This document shows, piece after piece, positions 20,248-30,900 of a DNA stretch of 64,000 nucleotides. Position numbers and translations under genes: made by a program. Every line of letters begins with the position of its first letter. The first letter of the stretch is position 1. This DNA is from Opitutales bacterium (GTDB taxonomy: Bacteria; Verrucomicrobiota; Verrucomicrobiia; Opitutales; CAXXNP01): assembly GCA_963666595.2 (NCBI GenBank), contig CAXXSV010000002.1:149241-213240 (forward strand), written 5' to 3'. The notes under the pieces are model-generated. The model did not search any database. It had not been told where the DNA came from and saw only the letters and a program-made list of their open reading frames with translations.

Positions 20248-21348
20248 TCACAATGGATGTGTAAGCAGTGCGCAGGTACCGCCCATGGGGCGGTTTTGCA
20301 GGATCAGTTCCCCGCCGAAATTGCGAATACTGTGTCGTGCAACGCTTAACCCCATCCCTCGACCGACCGAAGACTTGGAACTGACGAAGGGCTCGAACAT
20401 ATTATCCTCGATTTCGGCGTCGATCCCGCTTCCACAATCGTTCACCCTGACCAGTAGACGGTGCTTTCCGTTAATTTTCATAACCTCTGTCTCGATGTCT
20501 AAGGGGCGATTGCCGTTGTTTTCATTGGGATAGCTTTCCCAGCCATTAATGAGCAGTTTACCTAAAATGGACTCGAAAACCTCGACATTAGTCTGCACCT
20601 CGATATCGGGATTCGATTTGGATATATTTACATTGGCATCGACCTTGTATTCTCTCTTAAATCGCTCGACACTCTTTTGCAGCAGGGGCAATAGAAGAAT
20701 CTTGGTCGTGCTGAAACATTCATTATCGGCAATAATGCCAAGCTGTCTGATGATATTGACAATGCGCTTGATGGCCTTATCCATGAGTTGGGTGCTGCGC
20801 TTTACCATATCGGGATTGTCATAACCTGTTTTTACCAGGTCCAGGTAACCGACCACCACACCTAGAAGGTTATTGAGGTTGTGTGCGAGACCCTGTGTGA
20901 CGGCCCCGATGGCAGCAGTCTTCCGGGTGTCGTCAAGGCGCATTTGCAGTTCAAGGTTTTCACGGTAAATTTCCTGAAAACGCAACTGAGTATTTACACG
21001 GGCCAAGGTTTCGTCGAGATCGATGGGCTTTGTAATGTAATCGACCGCCCCGGCATTCAATCCTTCCAGTTTACCCTCCTTGGAAGACTTGGCCGTTATA
21101 AATAGTATGGGTATTGTACGGGTATCTTCAGAAGCTTTAAGTCTCTCGCAAACCTCGATGCCGCTCATTCCGGGCATCATAACATCCAGCAAGATGAGGT
21201 CCGGCGGTGTTTTTGCAACGATATCGAGACATTCCTGGCCACTGAAAGCCTGGAGAATCTCCATTCCTTCCCGCCCGAGCTTGCGCTCGAGCAGTTTAAC
21301 GTTAAGTATATGGTCGTCAACAACCAGAATTTTCGGCTTGGTTTTCAA
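20248..21348 (-). CDS. Hybrid response regulator-histidine kinase (REC + HisKA + HATPase)
   Basis: ILVVDD / LLDVMMP / KP receiver motifs; H-box LAHNLNN; DCGSGI, FEPF and GRGMGL boxes. TTG start uncertain. Confidence 0.88.
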   Translation of the reverse strand: MKTKPKILVVDDHILNVKLLERKLGREGMEILQAFSGQECLDIVAKTPPDLILLDVMMPGMSGIEVCERLKASEDTRTIPILFITAKSSKEGKLEGLNAGAVDYITKPIDLDETLARVNTQLRFQEIYRENLELQMRLDDTRKTAAIGAVTQGLAHNLNNLLGVVVGYLDLVKTGYDNPDMVKRSTQLMDKAIKRIVNIIRQLGIIADNECFSTTKILLLPLLQKSVERFKREYKVDANVNISKSNPDIEVQTNVEVFESILGKLLINGWESYPNENNGNRPLDIETEVMKINGKHRLLVRVNDCGSGIDAEIEDNMFEPFVSSKSSVGRGMGLSVARHSIRNFGGELILQNRPMGGTCALLTHPL

Positions 21349-21470
21349 TTTTGTGTTTCTATGAAATTAAATGGCATTCGCCTGAAAATCTACAGGCGCC
21401 TTCAATGTAAACGGTTAATTGAGCCGAAGAATAAGAGATTTTTCGGTTTTTTGTAATCAAGCAACCAGTC

Positions 21471-22346
21471 TCAGGCGATGGCAGCGGCTAGACGGGCTTT
21501 CACCGTATTGCGCATGAGCATCGCAACGGTCATAGGACCGACTCCCCCTGGAACAGGTGTGATTTTGTCAACAAGAGGCGCTACGGCCTCGAAATCAACA
21601 TCTCCTACCAGCCGATAGCCGGATTTGCGTGTATCATCCGTCACACGGTTGATACCGACGTCGATAACTACCGAGCCTGTCTTGACCATGTCGGCTGTTA
21701 TGAAACGCGGCCTTCCGGCGGCGGCTATCAAAATATCGGCTTGGCGCGTAATGGCCGGCAGGTCAGTCGTCCGGGAATGGCAGATTGTTACCGTGGCGTT
21801 TCCCATACCGCTCTTTCGCAGGAAAAGAAGCGCGCAGGGTTTGCCAACAATAAGGCTGCGACCCACCACCACCACGTGGCGGCCGTCGGTAGCTACTCCG
21901 GAGTGCTTGAGCAACTCGACGATTCCTCCGGGAGTGCAGGCCACGAAGCCGGCAGGATCATCCTGGCAGAGGCGTCCAAGATTGGCGCTGCTGAAGCCAT
22001 CGACATCCTTGTCGGGATGCACGCGGTTAAAAACCACCAAATCGCTCAAATGCTCCGGCAGGGGAGCCTGAATGAGTATTCCGTGTACTGCGGGGTCGGC
22101 GTTGAGGGCATCAATATGCTCCAGAAGTTCGCCTTGTTCTATGGATTCGTGCAAAAGCAGGAGGCGGCTTTCGATCCCGATTTGGGCGGCCACCTTCTGT
22201 TTTTTATTAACGTAAGTTGCCGAGGCTGGGTTTTCGCCCACCCGGATAAGGGTCACACAGGGCGCCGGAGGTGCGATTTGCTCCACCTCGACAGTCAGTT
22301 CATCAACGATTTGTTTGGCAATAGCATTGCCATCAATGAGTTCCAT
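21471..22346 (-). CDS. folD: Bifunctional methylenetetrahydrofolate dehydrogenase/cyclohydrolase
   Basis: [30 protein letters not shown]. Confidence 0.96.
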   Translation of the reverse strand: MELIDGNAIAKQIVDELTVEVEQIAPPAPCVTLIRVGENPASATYVNKKQKVAAQIGIESRLLLLHESIEQGELLEHIDALNADPAVHGILIQAPLPEHLSDLVVFNRVHPDKDVDGFSSANLGRLCQDDPAGFVACTPGGIVELLKHSGVATDGRHVVVVGRSLIVGKPCALLFLRKSGMGNATVTICHSRTTDLPAITRQADILIAAAGRPRFITADMVKTGSVVIDVGINRVTDDTRKSGYRLVGDVDFEAVAPLVDKITPVPGGVGPMTVAMLMRNTVKARLAAAIA

Positions 22347-22361
22347 GAGCGGTTCCTGGTG

Positions 22362-23150
22362 TTAATCAGGGACGGCGAACGTTTTCAGGCGAATAGTAGT
22401 CGCCTTAATTTCGTAATACTTCATGTCCTTTAAGGGATCCTTTACGCCATATATGACGACTGGACGGCCGAGATAATCGTGCAGAGACCCGTTTATGAGT
22501 AAATTCTTATCATCTACAAAGGCGATGAACTTGCCCCTTTCGTCAACTAATTTCAGAGAGTATTTGGAAGGCAGGCGAAAAAAGTTGCGGTAAGGTTTAA
22601 GAGTGCCCTCGAAATGCGGAGGCTGGATATCGCGGGACGCGACAGTTTTAACACGGCCTGGCGATACTCTGGGGGCCGAGACCGCAGGTCTGGCATCTAC
22701 GGTGGATGCACGTACAACCGGCGTCGAAGGGGAGACCGATGCAGATTTTTGCAGGTAAACGGGAACTGCCTTGGTCAGTCCGATTTCCGACCAGTCGCCG
22801 ACGCTGATCAAATCGGTAACATCCAACTCCTCGATAATAGTCAGGATCGGACTTACGTCATCGGGTCTCAAGCGCACGTACACGCCAGTTTTCACAGACA
22901 GGTTTTTACCGATTTCCTCGTTTTTCACAAAACCATTGAAATTCACCACATGTTCCATCCAGAGCCATCCCTGTTCCCGTTTTACAGCCTCGAGCACTGG
23001 TTCCGCTCGATCCAGAGCCGGATCGTTGGGACTAATTTCCGCAGCTATGGCCGCCTCGGTATCGGGTTCAAAATAAAGTGTAATCGAAGCGGCGCCCAGG
23101 AAGGCCTGAACGAAAAGCTGAAATACTAGACATAAAACGATATTTTTCAT
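22362..23150 (-). CDS. Secreted hypothetical protein, possible SH3b-like segment
   Basis: Signal-peptide-like N-terminus (MKNIVLCLVF...), VYVRLRPDDVSPILT resembles SH3b, Pro/Ser/Ala linker; co-oriented between rluB and folD. Confidence 0.6.
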   Translation of the reverse strand: MKNIVLCLVFQLFVQAFLGAASITLYFEPDTEAAIAAEISPNDPALDRAEPVLEAVKREQGWLWMEHVVNFNGFVKNEEIGKNLSVKTGVYVRLRPDDVSPILTIIEELDVTDLISVGDWSEIGLTKAVPVYLQKSASVSPSTPVVRASTVDARPAVSAPRVSPGRVKTVASRDIQPPHFEGTLKPYRNFFRLPSKYSLKLVDERGKFIAFVDDKNLLINGSLHDYLGRPVVIYGVKDPLKDMKYYEIKATTIRLKTFAVPD

Positions 23151-23198
23151 GGTTCGCATCGTGGAAAACGGCTTTGCCGGTAGCATTTTATTATAAGA

Positions 23199-23936
23199 TT
23201 AATTGGAAAATAACAAGCTGATTTCTTTCTCCTGGAGGAGGCGGCAACGTCCCGAACCCAACCCGCGCAACACCAGTTTACCTACCTGAAATCGGTAAAG
23301 CCGCTCAACATTATAGCCAAGAGCTGAAAATAAGCGTCTTATTTCCCTCTTGCGGCCGTGCTGCAAATGAACCTCTACCCGCCGGACCTTTTCAACTCCT
23401 TTCTTTGCCGTATAGACCTTCTCAACTTTCAAAAGCTCACCCTCGACGGTTAATCCGCGAAGCAGCAGCGGGATTTTTCCGCGGTCGAAAGGCTTGTCCA
23501 GAGTCAGCCGGTAGCGCTTGAGAACTCGGTATGAAGGGTGGGTGAGGCGTTGGGCCAGTGCCCCGTCGTTGGTTAAAATCAGCAGACCTTCGCTTTCCTT
23601 GTCCAATCTGCCTGCACAAAAGAGGCGTATTTTGCAGTAGCGGGGAGGCAACAGGTCAAAAACTGTTCTGCCATGGTGAGGATCGAGGTTAGTGCAGACG
23701 AGACCCTTGGGCTTGTTTAGCAGGAGGGTGCAGGTTGTTTGCGATGACGATTTTAGCGTTTTACCCTGCATGGTAATATGGTCTTTACAAGGGTCAACTT
23801 TCTGTCCAATCTCGGCCAATTTCCCGTTCACACTGACTTCGCCCGCTAAGATAAAGACCTCGGCACGGCGGCGGGAACAAATACCAATATCAGCTATAAG
23901 TTTCTGCAAACGAACAAGTTGAGTTTTTGTTTCCAT
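23199..23936 (-). CDS. rluB: rRNA pseudouridine synthase, RluB/RsuA family
   Basis: S4 domain RLQK...CSRR, LNKPKG, GRLD catalytic motif, GRKREIRR. Confidence 0.8.
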   Translation of the reverse strand: METKTQLVRLQKLIADIGICSRRRAEVFILAGEVSVNGKLAEIGQKVDPCKDHITMQGKTLKSSSQTTCTLLLNKPKGLVCTNLDPHHGRTVFDLLPPRYCKIRLFCAGRLDKESEGLLILTNDGALAQRLTHPSYRVLKRYRLTLDKPFDRGKIPLLLRGLTVEGELLKVEKVYTAKKGVEKVRRVEVHLQHGRKREIRRLFSALGYNVERLYRFQVGKLVLRGLGSGRCRLLQEKEISLLFSN

Positions 23937-24031
23937 CGGTTGGATCCACCGCTTTTACCAGTCGGGGAAAAGTTAGAGTCTTATTAGCTGAATAGATAAG
24001 TTTAAGTAGTATTATTGAAATTTACCATATA

Positions 24032-25195
24032 ATGCCAAATATATTAGAAAAATCCATATACAACAAAAACAACCCATTCTTATCCAGGCTTACGGAAAAT
24101 ACCCTCATGTCGAAGGAAGGGTCCATCAAGGAAACCCGGCATTTCGTGGTCAATTTTGCAGGGAGCGGACTGATATATACTTGCGGAGATTCACTGGCCG
24201 TTTTTCCCACCAATCGAAATGAGGATGTGGAAGAAATCCTGGCCGCTCAGGGTGCAACCGGTGAGGAACTGGTGAGCCTCCCGCGCTCCGAGGAAAAAAT
24301 ATCCTACCGCGAAGTGCTTACCAGCAAGATATCATTGGCCGTGCCAAATAAAAAATTCCTCATCCTGCTGTCGGAGAAGGCGACCAGTGAGCCGGAAAAG
24401 GCCATGCTTCAGAAGCTACTCGATCCCGAAGCGGCGGAGAAATTGAAATTGTATTTGGCCGAACGACACTTCATCGATTTGATCGAGGAGTTTCCCAGCG
24501 CTCGTTTGAGTCCCCAGGAATTAACGGCCCAATCCAGGAGACTTGTTCCTCGCCTTTATTCAATAGCTTCTTCGCCAACCAAGTATCCGGAGGAGGTGCA
24601 CCTTATCATAGCGATTGTGCGCTACAATACCAACAATCGCGAGCGCGTTGGAGTTTGCTCGACTTACATCGCAGATCGCGTCCCGCTTAACGAGTCCTTC
24701 GTACCCGTTTTTATGGCAAGCTCCCATTTCGGTCTGCCAGAGGACGACACCACCGATCTCATCATGGTAGGCCCGGGCACGGGCATTGCGCCTTTTCGCG
24801 CTTTTCTGCAGGAGCGCATCTTGCGCAAGGCCACGGGGCGCTCATGGATATTCTTCGGCGACCAACACAAGGCCACGGATTACTCCTACGGGGAGGAATT
24901 CGATCAATACCTGGCGGAGGGCAGCCTGGACCGGCTCAGCCTGGCCTGGTCGCGCGACCAGGAAAATAAAATTTACGTGCAGGACAAAATGCTCGAATCG
25001 GGCAAGGACTTGTGGGATTGGATCGATAAGGGCGCCATTTTTTACGTTTGCGGGGATGCCAGTCGGATGGCGGCAGATGTCGATGCCGCCCTACATAGCA
25101 TTATTCAGGAGTATGGTGGTATGAGCGAATCAGACGCGCAGGCTTTTGTGAAACAGCTAAAAAAGGACAAACGATACCAGCGTGATGTTTACTGA
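24032..25195 (+). CDS. cysJ: Sulfite reductase flavoprotein-like protein (FAD/NADPH domains only, no flavodoxin domain)
   Basis: RLYSIASS, GVCSTY, MVGPGTGIAPFR, YVCGDA and C-terminal RYQRDVY; only 387 aa. Confidence 0.8.
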   Translation: MPNILEKSIYNKNNPFLSRLTENTLMSKEGSIKETRHFVVNFAGSGLIYTCGDSLAVFPTNRNEDVEEILAAQGATGEELVSLPRSEEKISYREVLTSKISLAVPNKKFLILLSEKATSEPEKAMLQKLLDPEAAEKLKLYLAERHFIDLIEEFPSARLSPQELTAQSRRLVPRLYSIASSPTKYPEEVHLIIAIVRYNTNNRERVGVCSTYIADRVPLNESFVPVFMASSHFGLPEDDTTDLIMVGPGTGIAPFRAFLQERILRKATGRSWIFFGDQHKATDYSYGEEFDQYLAEGSLDRLSLAWSRDQENKIYVQDKMLESGKDLWDWIDKGAIFYVCGDASRMAADVDAALHSIIQEYGGMSESDAQAFVKQLKKDKRYQRDVY

Positions 25196-25250
25196 CAGGA
25201 TCCCATTTTTCTTAGACCTTCCGATATGCACAATTAATCCCCTAACATAA

Positions 25251-25997
25251 ATGCAATTAACTTTTGATAATCGTGTTGCTCTGGTTACCGGCGCAGGCCG
25301 GGGCATCGGACGCGCAATTTCCGAGGAGTTGGCCCGCCAAGGGGTCAAGGTTATCTGTGTGAGCAAATCTGAATCCAGTTGCGGAGCCGTAGCTGAATCA
25401 ATCAAGGCCGCCGGCGGTGACGCATTCGCTCGTCCTGTAGATGTCTCAGACGGTGAGGCCGTTGCCCAGGCGGCCAAGGAACTCCTCGAACAATTCGGCC
25501 AAATCGACATTCTCGTAAACAATGCCGGCATCACCCGCGACGGTCTCATCCTCAGGATGTCCCACGAGGACTGGGACGCCGTGATATCGACCAATCTATC
25601 CAGCTGTTTTTATTGGAGCAAGCACTTGATACATCCCATGGCGCGCCGCCGTTGGGGTCGTATTGTGAACATCACCTCAATCACCGGCCTGGTCGGCAAC
25701 GCCGGGCAGGTAAACTACGCCGCTGCCAAAGCCGGCATGATCGGGCTGACCAAGAGCCTGGCTAAGGAGTTTGGCTCCAGAACGCTCACAGTTAACGCAA
25801 TAGCCCCGGGTTTCATCAAAACCGATATGACTTCGGGGCTCAGCGATCAGATCACCGAAATCGTTTTGAAGAACATTCCACTGCGCCGCCTGGGACAACC
25901 CGAAGACGTCGCCGGCATTGCCGTATACCTCTGTGCCGAGGAAGCATCATATATAACAGGCCAGGTTTTTTCCGTTGACGGCGGTCTTGCGATGTGA
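25251..25997 (+). CDS. fabG: 3-oxoacyl-ACP reductase
   Basis: TGAGRGIG, NNAGITRD, NYAAAK; upstream of acpP-fabF. Confidence 0.95.
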   Translation: MQLTFDNRVALVTGAGRGIGRAISEELARQGVKVICVSKSESSCGAVAESIKAAGGDAFARPVDVSDGEAVAQAAKELLEQFGQIDILVNNAGITRDGLILRMSHEDWDAVISTNLSSCFYWSKHLIHPMARRRWGRIVNITSITGLVGNAGQVNYAAAKAGMIGLTKSLAKEFGSRTLTVNAIAPGFIKTDMTSGLSDQITEIVLKNIPLRRLGQPEDVAGIAVYLCAEEASYITGQVFSVDGGLAM

Positions 25998-26035
25998 TGC
26001 ATAAGTTAAACCTATAGTAAATCACTTCAATAAAT

Positions 26036-26293
26036 ATGGCTGACAAATCCATCTCAGAACGCGTCAAAGAACTTATTATTAACCAGCTCGACGTAAATGA
26101 AGAGCAAGTTACCCTTGAGGCCTCCTTCCTGGACGATCTTGGAGCCGATTCCCTGGATACCGTCGAACTCATCATGGCCTTCGAAGAAGAGTTTAAAGAT
26201 GAAATTCAGGGCGAAATCCCAGAATCAGAAGCGGAAAAGCTTCAGACCGTTGGAGACGTTACCCGATACATTGAAGAAAAGGCCGGAGCATAA
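26036..26293 (+). CDS. acpP: Acyl carrier protein
   Basis: [12 protein letters not shown] phosphopantetheine site. Confidence 0.97.
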   Translation: MADKSISERVKELIINQLDVNEEQVTLEASFLDDLGADSLDTVELIMAFEEEFKDEIQGEIPESEAEKLQTVGDVTRYIEEKAGA

Positions 26294-26343
26294 GTTCCGC
26301 CCCAAAATCGGAACGTTATCAAACGCAAAAGCACGGCAAACTG

Positions 26344-27606
26344 GTGACAGCTAACCAGCAGCCGAAGCCCAAAGTGGTTGTCACAGGGCTGGGGGCAATA
26401 ACTTCGCTTGGCCACGATGCCCAATCTCTCTGGTCAAACCTGCTGGACGGAAAAAGCGGGATAGGCCGAGTGACCCGCTTCGACCCTGGCCCCTTCACCT
26501 GCAAGGTTGCTTCTGAAGTAAAAGATTTTGACCCGACCCGCTTCATGGATGCGAAGGAGGTCCGCCGCAGCGATCCTTTTACGCATTACGCCATGGCGGC
26601 CTCCAAAATGGCCATTGAGGATTCCGGCCTGGATTTAAACGCAGTCGATAAGGAGCGCATTGGAGTCATTATCGGCTCTGGTATCGGTGGTATAAAAACT
26701 TTTGAAGATGCGGCCATAAAGATGGCGAAGGGGGGACCCAGGAAGGTTTCCCCATTTATGATTCCCTCCCTAATCGCCAACATGGCCTCCGGTATCGTAG
26801 CGATTGAAATCGGCGCCATGGGCCCAAATTTCGGACTTGTCAGCGCCTGCTCCTCGGCATCGCACTCCATAGGCGAATCCTTAAGATTACTCCGTTCCGG
26901 CGGTGTGGATGTTATGGTTGCCGGTGGCAGCGAGGCGGCTGTAACTCCCTTGTCCTTTGCCGGGTTCTGCTCGGCGCGGACAATGAGCACTTCTTTTAAC
27001 GATGAACCACAGCGGGCCAGCAGGCCATTCGACGCCAAGCGCGACGGATTCATAATGGGTGAGGGGTCTGGTATCCTGATCCTTGAAACCCTCGAGAATG
27101 CGCGTGCCCGCGGAGCGCGTATCTACTGTGAACTTGCCGGTTACGCGGCCTCTAGCGATGCTTACCACATCACATCACCCCATCCGGAGGGCAGCGGATT
27201 GACTCTGTGTATCCGCAATGCCCTGGCCGATGCTGATTCGAGACCCGAAGAGATTGACTACATAAACGCCCACGGCACATCCACTATCTATAACGACAAG
27301 GCCGAAACCAAAGCGATCAGAGAAATCTTTGGGGACCATGCTGACAAGCTCCTCGTAAGTTCCACCAAATCGATGACCGGTCACTTGTTGGGGGCGGCCG
27401 GCGCCATTGAGGCCATCGCTGCCATAAAAGCCATCGAAACGGGAGAGGTGCCGCCAACCATCAACTACGAAAATCTAGATCCCGATTGCGACCTCAACTA
27501 CGTGCCTAACAAAAAAGTGCGTGTTAAGGTCAAAGTAGCCATGAGCAACAACATGGGTTTCGGCGGCCACAATGCCGGTATCGTGTTGCGCGCTCTTGAG
27601 AAGTAG
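26344..27606 (+). CDS. fabF: 3-oxoacyl-ACP synthase II
   Basis: VVVTGLG, SACSS, NAHGTST, KSMTGHLLGAAG, GFGGHN. Confidence 0.95.
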   Translation: MTANQQPKPKVVVTGLGAITSLGHDAQSLWSNLLDGKSGIGRVTRFDPGPFTCKVASEVKDFDPTRFMDAKEVRRSDPFTHYAMAASKMAIEDSGLDLNAVDKERIGVIIGSGIGGIKTFEDAAIKMAKGGPRKVSPFMIPSLIANMASGIVAIEIGAMGPNFGLVSACSSASHSIGESLRLLRSGGVDVMVAGGSEAAVTPLSFAGFCSARTMSTSFNDEPQRASRPFDAKRDGFIMGEGSGILILETLENARARGARIYCELAGYAASSDAYHITSPHPEGSGLTLCIRNALADADSRPEEIDYINAHGTSTIYNDKAETKAIREIFGDHADKLLVSSTKSMTGHLLGAAGAIEAIAAIKAIETGEVPPTINYENLDPDCDLNYVPNKKVRVKVKVAMSNNMGFGGHNAGIVLRALEK

Positions 27607-27710
27607 TTACAACACTTTCAACAAACTGTTATAGAAAATTCTGAAAGCGATTCTTGATGCTGCGCGAGTCTGCGCTAAGCTGGCATGCCCGTATCCAACC
27701 GCGTTTTCAA

Positions 27711-28088
27711 ATGTCTAGTAAATGGCAGAAGTTGCTGAAGATGGCGGACCGTGAAGTCGCTGAGATTATGGAAAAGCTGCCAAAGATTCTGCGGGATAAA
27801 ACAAAATCGGTCGCCGTTATTTTTCAAAGCAGACACGGGCCCGGGGGGCAGGACAACGACTTCGATCCCGACCTGTTGGGACTCTTTATAGGCGAACCTT
27901 TTTCCGATGAAGGGAGCGGCCTGGAGCCGGCGCCATCTCAAATTATTCTTTTTCCCGAAAATATCTGGAACTATGCGACAGGAAAAGAGAAAGCTTACAG
28001 AAGGGAAGTGCGCCGTACATACCTGCATGAACTAGGCCATTATCTGGGCCTTGAGGAAGAGGACCTGATGCTGCGCGGACTGGATTGA
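27711..28088 (+). CDS. Zincin-like metallopeptidase family protein (DUF1025-like)
   Basis: LLGLF and C-terminal HELGHYLG (HExxH); start uncertain. Confidence 0.8.
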   Translation: MSSKWQKLLKMADREVAEIMEKLPKILRDKTKSVAVIFQSRHGPGGQDNDFDPDLLGLFIGEPFSDEGSGLEPAPSQIILFPENIWNYATGKEKAYRREVRRTYLHELGHYLGLEEEDLMLRGLD

Positions 28089-28126
28089 TAACCCTGCCGG
28101 TCCCTGCAAGGAATTATATTCTACCG

Positions 28127-28738
28127 ATGGAACTATCTGAAGATTTCAACAAGGTTTTTCAGCTCCTTCATATTTTGATTATTGTCTGGGGCATGGCCGA
28201 TTGTTTTTTCGGCTTCCGGATATTCAAGCTGACTCTTACATTGCTAGGTGTGGTGATGGGAGCAATCCTGGGAATCGTCATCGGGTGGGCGCTGTTTGAT
28301 GGCGGGCTGATAGCTATGTCTTCCGGGTTTATCCTGGGAGGTATTCTGGGGGGAGCGCTGGCATTCTATGTTTACCTGGCTGGAGTTTTTGTTCTGGGCT
28401 TCGGCGTGGGGTTCATTCTGGCGGCCCCCCTCCTGGAACCGTTTGGGGGGAGTGTCATTAATATCCTTTTGGTGATCGGTGTCCTCTCCGGAATATTATC
28501 CATATTTCTAGTCAAGGTGATGATTGTAGTCGCCACTGCCGTTACAGGAGCCTTCAGGGTGGTTTTTGGCGCCAGTTACCTTATGGGCGGCTACAACCTT
28601 TTCGACGCCATCACTGATCCCGAGAGCCTGTCAACTGCGCTTGCGGAATCGCACGGGTTATTCTGGACCATGGCGCTCACGGCCGCAGCCGGCATACTGG
28701 TTCAATTTCACTCCAGGAAACGGCGTAGAACAACTTGA
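28127..28738 (+). CDS. Gly-rich multi-TM membrane protein (DUF4203/TMEM198-like)
   Basis: CFFGFRIFK N-terminal motif, about 7 hydrophobic helices, ATAVTGA. Confidence 0.7.
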   Translation: MELSEDFNKVFQLLHILIIVWGMADCFFGFRIFKLTLTLLGVVMGAILGIVIGWALFDGGLIAMSSGFILGGILGGALAFYVYLAGVFVLGFGVGFILAAPLLEPFGGSVINILLVIGVLSGILSIFLVKVMIVVATAVTGAFRVVFGASYLMGGYNLFDAITDPESLSTALAESHGLFWTMALTAAAGILVQFHSRKRRRTT

Positions 28739-28886
28739 AGAGAAGCCGGATTTCTGGTTGCGGGCAACTCACTTCGTCATTTTTTCCTTCGGAATTGGGA
28801 ACGGTTTTGATATGGTAAATAATAATTAATGTTCCCGTCGTCTTCAGATTAACCGGGAGCAATCGGTAATGCCGTGAAGCTGAATT

Positions 28887-29492
28887 ATGAATTCCTTTGA
28901 AATATTCACTGTAGCCTTGGTGGGCTACCTGCTCGGTTCCATACCTTCCGCTGTTTTGATTGCGCGGCGCAAGGGAATTGACATCCTCAAGGCCGGCAGC
29001 GGTAATCCGGGCGCAACCAATGTAAGGCGAGTCATCGGAAAGAGGGAAGGCGCCCTCTGTCTAGTTCTGGACACCCTGAAAGGGTTCCTGGCGGCCGGTA
29101 TGCCGATGATTCCGGTTCTGCATACTTCCGAACCGGCCACACTGGGCATTATTGGTCTGATGGCGGCGTTGCTGGGACACAGTTTTTCAGTCTTTTTGAA
29201 ATTCAAGGGAGGTAAAGGAGTGGCAGTGATAGCCGGGGGGCTGTTCGCACTTGTGCCTTTAATAATGTTCATTACTGGAGGATTAATTTGGTTGGCGGTG
29301 TTTTTCACAACCCGCTACGTATCACTGGCCTCAATTACCCTTGGGCTCAGTCTTCCGCTAATATGCCTGATTTTTCGGTTGCCGAGGGAGCAAACCTTGC
29401 TTTGCCTGTTGCTGGCTATTATTATTGTAGTTCGCCACCGAGCCAATATACAACGCCTGCTTAAGGGCACGGAAAACCGTTTTACCAAATAA
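28887..29492 (+). CDS. plsY: Glycerol-3-phosphate acyltransferase
   Basis: YLLGSIP, GSGNPGATN, FKGGKGVA, HRANIQRL. Confidence 0.96.
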   Translation: MNSFEIFTVALVGYLLGSIPSAVLIARRKGIDILKAGSGNPGATNVRRVIGKREGALCLVLDTLKGFLAAGMPMIPVLHTSEPATLGIIGLMAALLGHSFSVFLKFKGGKGVAVIAGGLFALVPLIMFITGGLIWLAVFFTTRYVSLASITLGLSLPLICLIFRLPREQTLLCLLLAIIIVVRHRANIQRLLKGTENRFTK

Positions 29493-29550
29493 CCTGCGGT
29501 TTTTTGGCCGCCATTGCTCCCAGTCGAGCGCCAATAAAAAATTTACCATT

Positions 29551-30882
29551 GTGAGCGATAAACCTGTCATAAAAATAGGACTGATCGGCTTCGGAGTTGT
29601 CGGCCAGGGAGTCCTGAAGCACTTCAACCGAAATCGTATTCCCCTGGAGGCACGGCTGGGCGCCGGCCTGGTGATGCACCGCGTCGCCGTTCGGGACATG
29701 AAGAAAAAACGCGAGGTTCAGCTTTCTGCCTCCCAGTTAACCGACGATGCCATGGCTTTGGCCACCGATCCCGATATCGACATAGTTTGTGAATTGATGG
29801 GAGGAACCGACCTGGCTAAAAAATTGACTTTGGCCGCCCTGAAAAAGGGCAAGATAGTTGTTTCGGCCAACAAGGCTCTCATCTGTGAAAGTGGTGAAGA
29901 AATCTTTCAGGCGGCGCGCAAGAACGGTGGTCACTTCTTTTTTGAGGCCAGCGTCGGCGGAGGCATCCCAATAATCAAAGTCATCCGAGAAGGACTGGTG
30001 GCCAACCGTTTCAAGCTGATCTACGGCATCCTCAACGGTACCTGCAATTACATACTCTCCCGCATGGAACGCGAACGGCGTCCCTTGGATGAGATTGTAG
30101 AGGAAGCCAGACAACTGGGCTACATGGAGACCGACGAGTCTCTCGATCTCGATGGCTGGGACACCGCCCACAAGGCGGTAATCCTGGCATTTCTGGCCCA
30201 TGGAAAATGGATGCCTCTAAAAGATGTCCCCGTTACAGGTATTCGACATATTACTCTTGAGGATATCCGCTGGGCTGAGGAACTCGGCTACAAGATAAAA
30301 TTGTTGGGAATCATCTCTCGCGATTTTAAAACCCGGAGGGTTTTTGTGAGAGTGCAGCCTACGCTCATCCTGCGGCAAAAATTGCTGGCAGGTGTTGATG
30401 AGGAATTCAATGCCGTAAGTCTGACCGGCGACGTGGCAGGAACCACCGTATTAATAGGGCGCGGCGCCGGGCAGGATGCTACCGCAAGCGCTGTAATAAG
30501 CGACATCACCGATGCCGTCACTGCCCTTTTGGGAGTTCCGCCGCCGAAGTTCTCTGAAGCGGATATGGAGTCCTATGAGGAAATTGGGAAAAGATCGAGG
30601 ATCGCCTCTCTCGAAGAGGCATTCGGAGAATATTACCTGCGTCTCCTGGTCGTCGATCAGCCCGGTGTCCTGGCCGAATTGACATCGATTATGGCCACGC
30701 ACTGTATAAGTGTAGCTTCGATGCTGCAACAGCCGGCCAAAAAGGAAAATCTCTCCAATGTTGTCCTCACCACTCATACCTGTAATGAAAGGCGCATTCA
30801 GAATGCCGTGCATGATCTCGAAGCACACGAACACGTGCTCGAAGCTCCTTTGCTGCTGAATATCGCCAATTTCGAGGATTAA
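29551..30882 (+). CDS. hom: Homoserine dehydrogenase with C-terminal ACT domain
   Basis: GFGVVG, ANKA, EASVGGGIP, GILNGT, GRGAG, DQPGVLA. Confidence 0.95.
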   Translation: MSDKPVIKIGLIGFGVVGQGVLKHFNRNRIPLEARLGAGLVMHRVAVRDMKKKREVQLSASQLTDDAMALATDPDIDIVCELMGGTDLAKKLTLAALKKGKIVVSANKALICESGEEIFQAARKNGGHFFFEASVGGGIPIIKVIREGLVANRFKLIYGILNGTCNYILSRMERERRPLDEIVEEARQLGYMETDESLDLDGWDTAHKAVILAFLAHGKWMPLKDVPVTGIRHITLEDIRWAEELGYKIKLLGIISRDFKTRRVFVRVQPTLILRQKLLAGVDEEFNAVSLTGDVAGTTVLIGRGAGQDATASAVISDITDAVTALLGVPPPKFSEADMESYEEIGKRSRIASLEEAFGEYYLRLLVVDQPGVLAELTSIMATHCISVASMLQQPAKKENLSNVVLTTHTCNERRIQNAVHDLEAHEHVLEAPLLLNIANFED

Positions 30883-30900
30883 CTTCTCCTTGAGCTTCGC

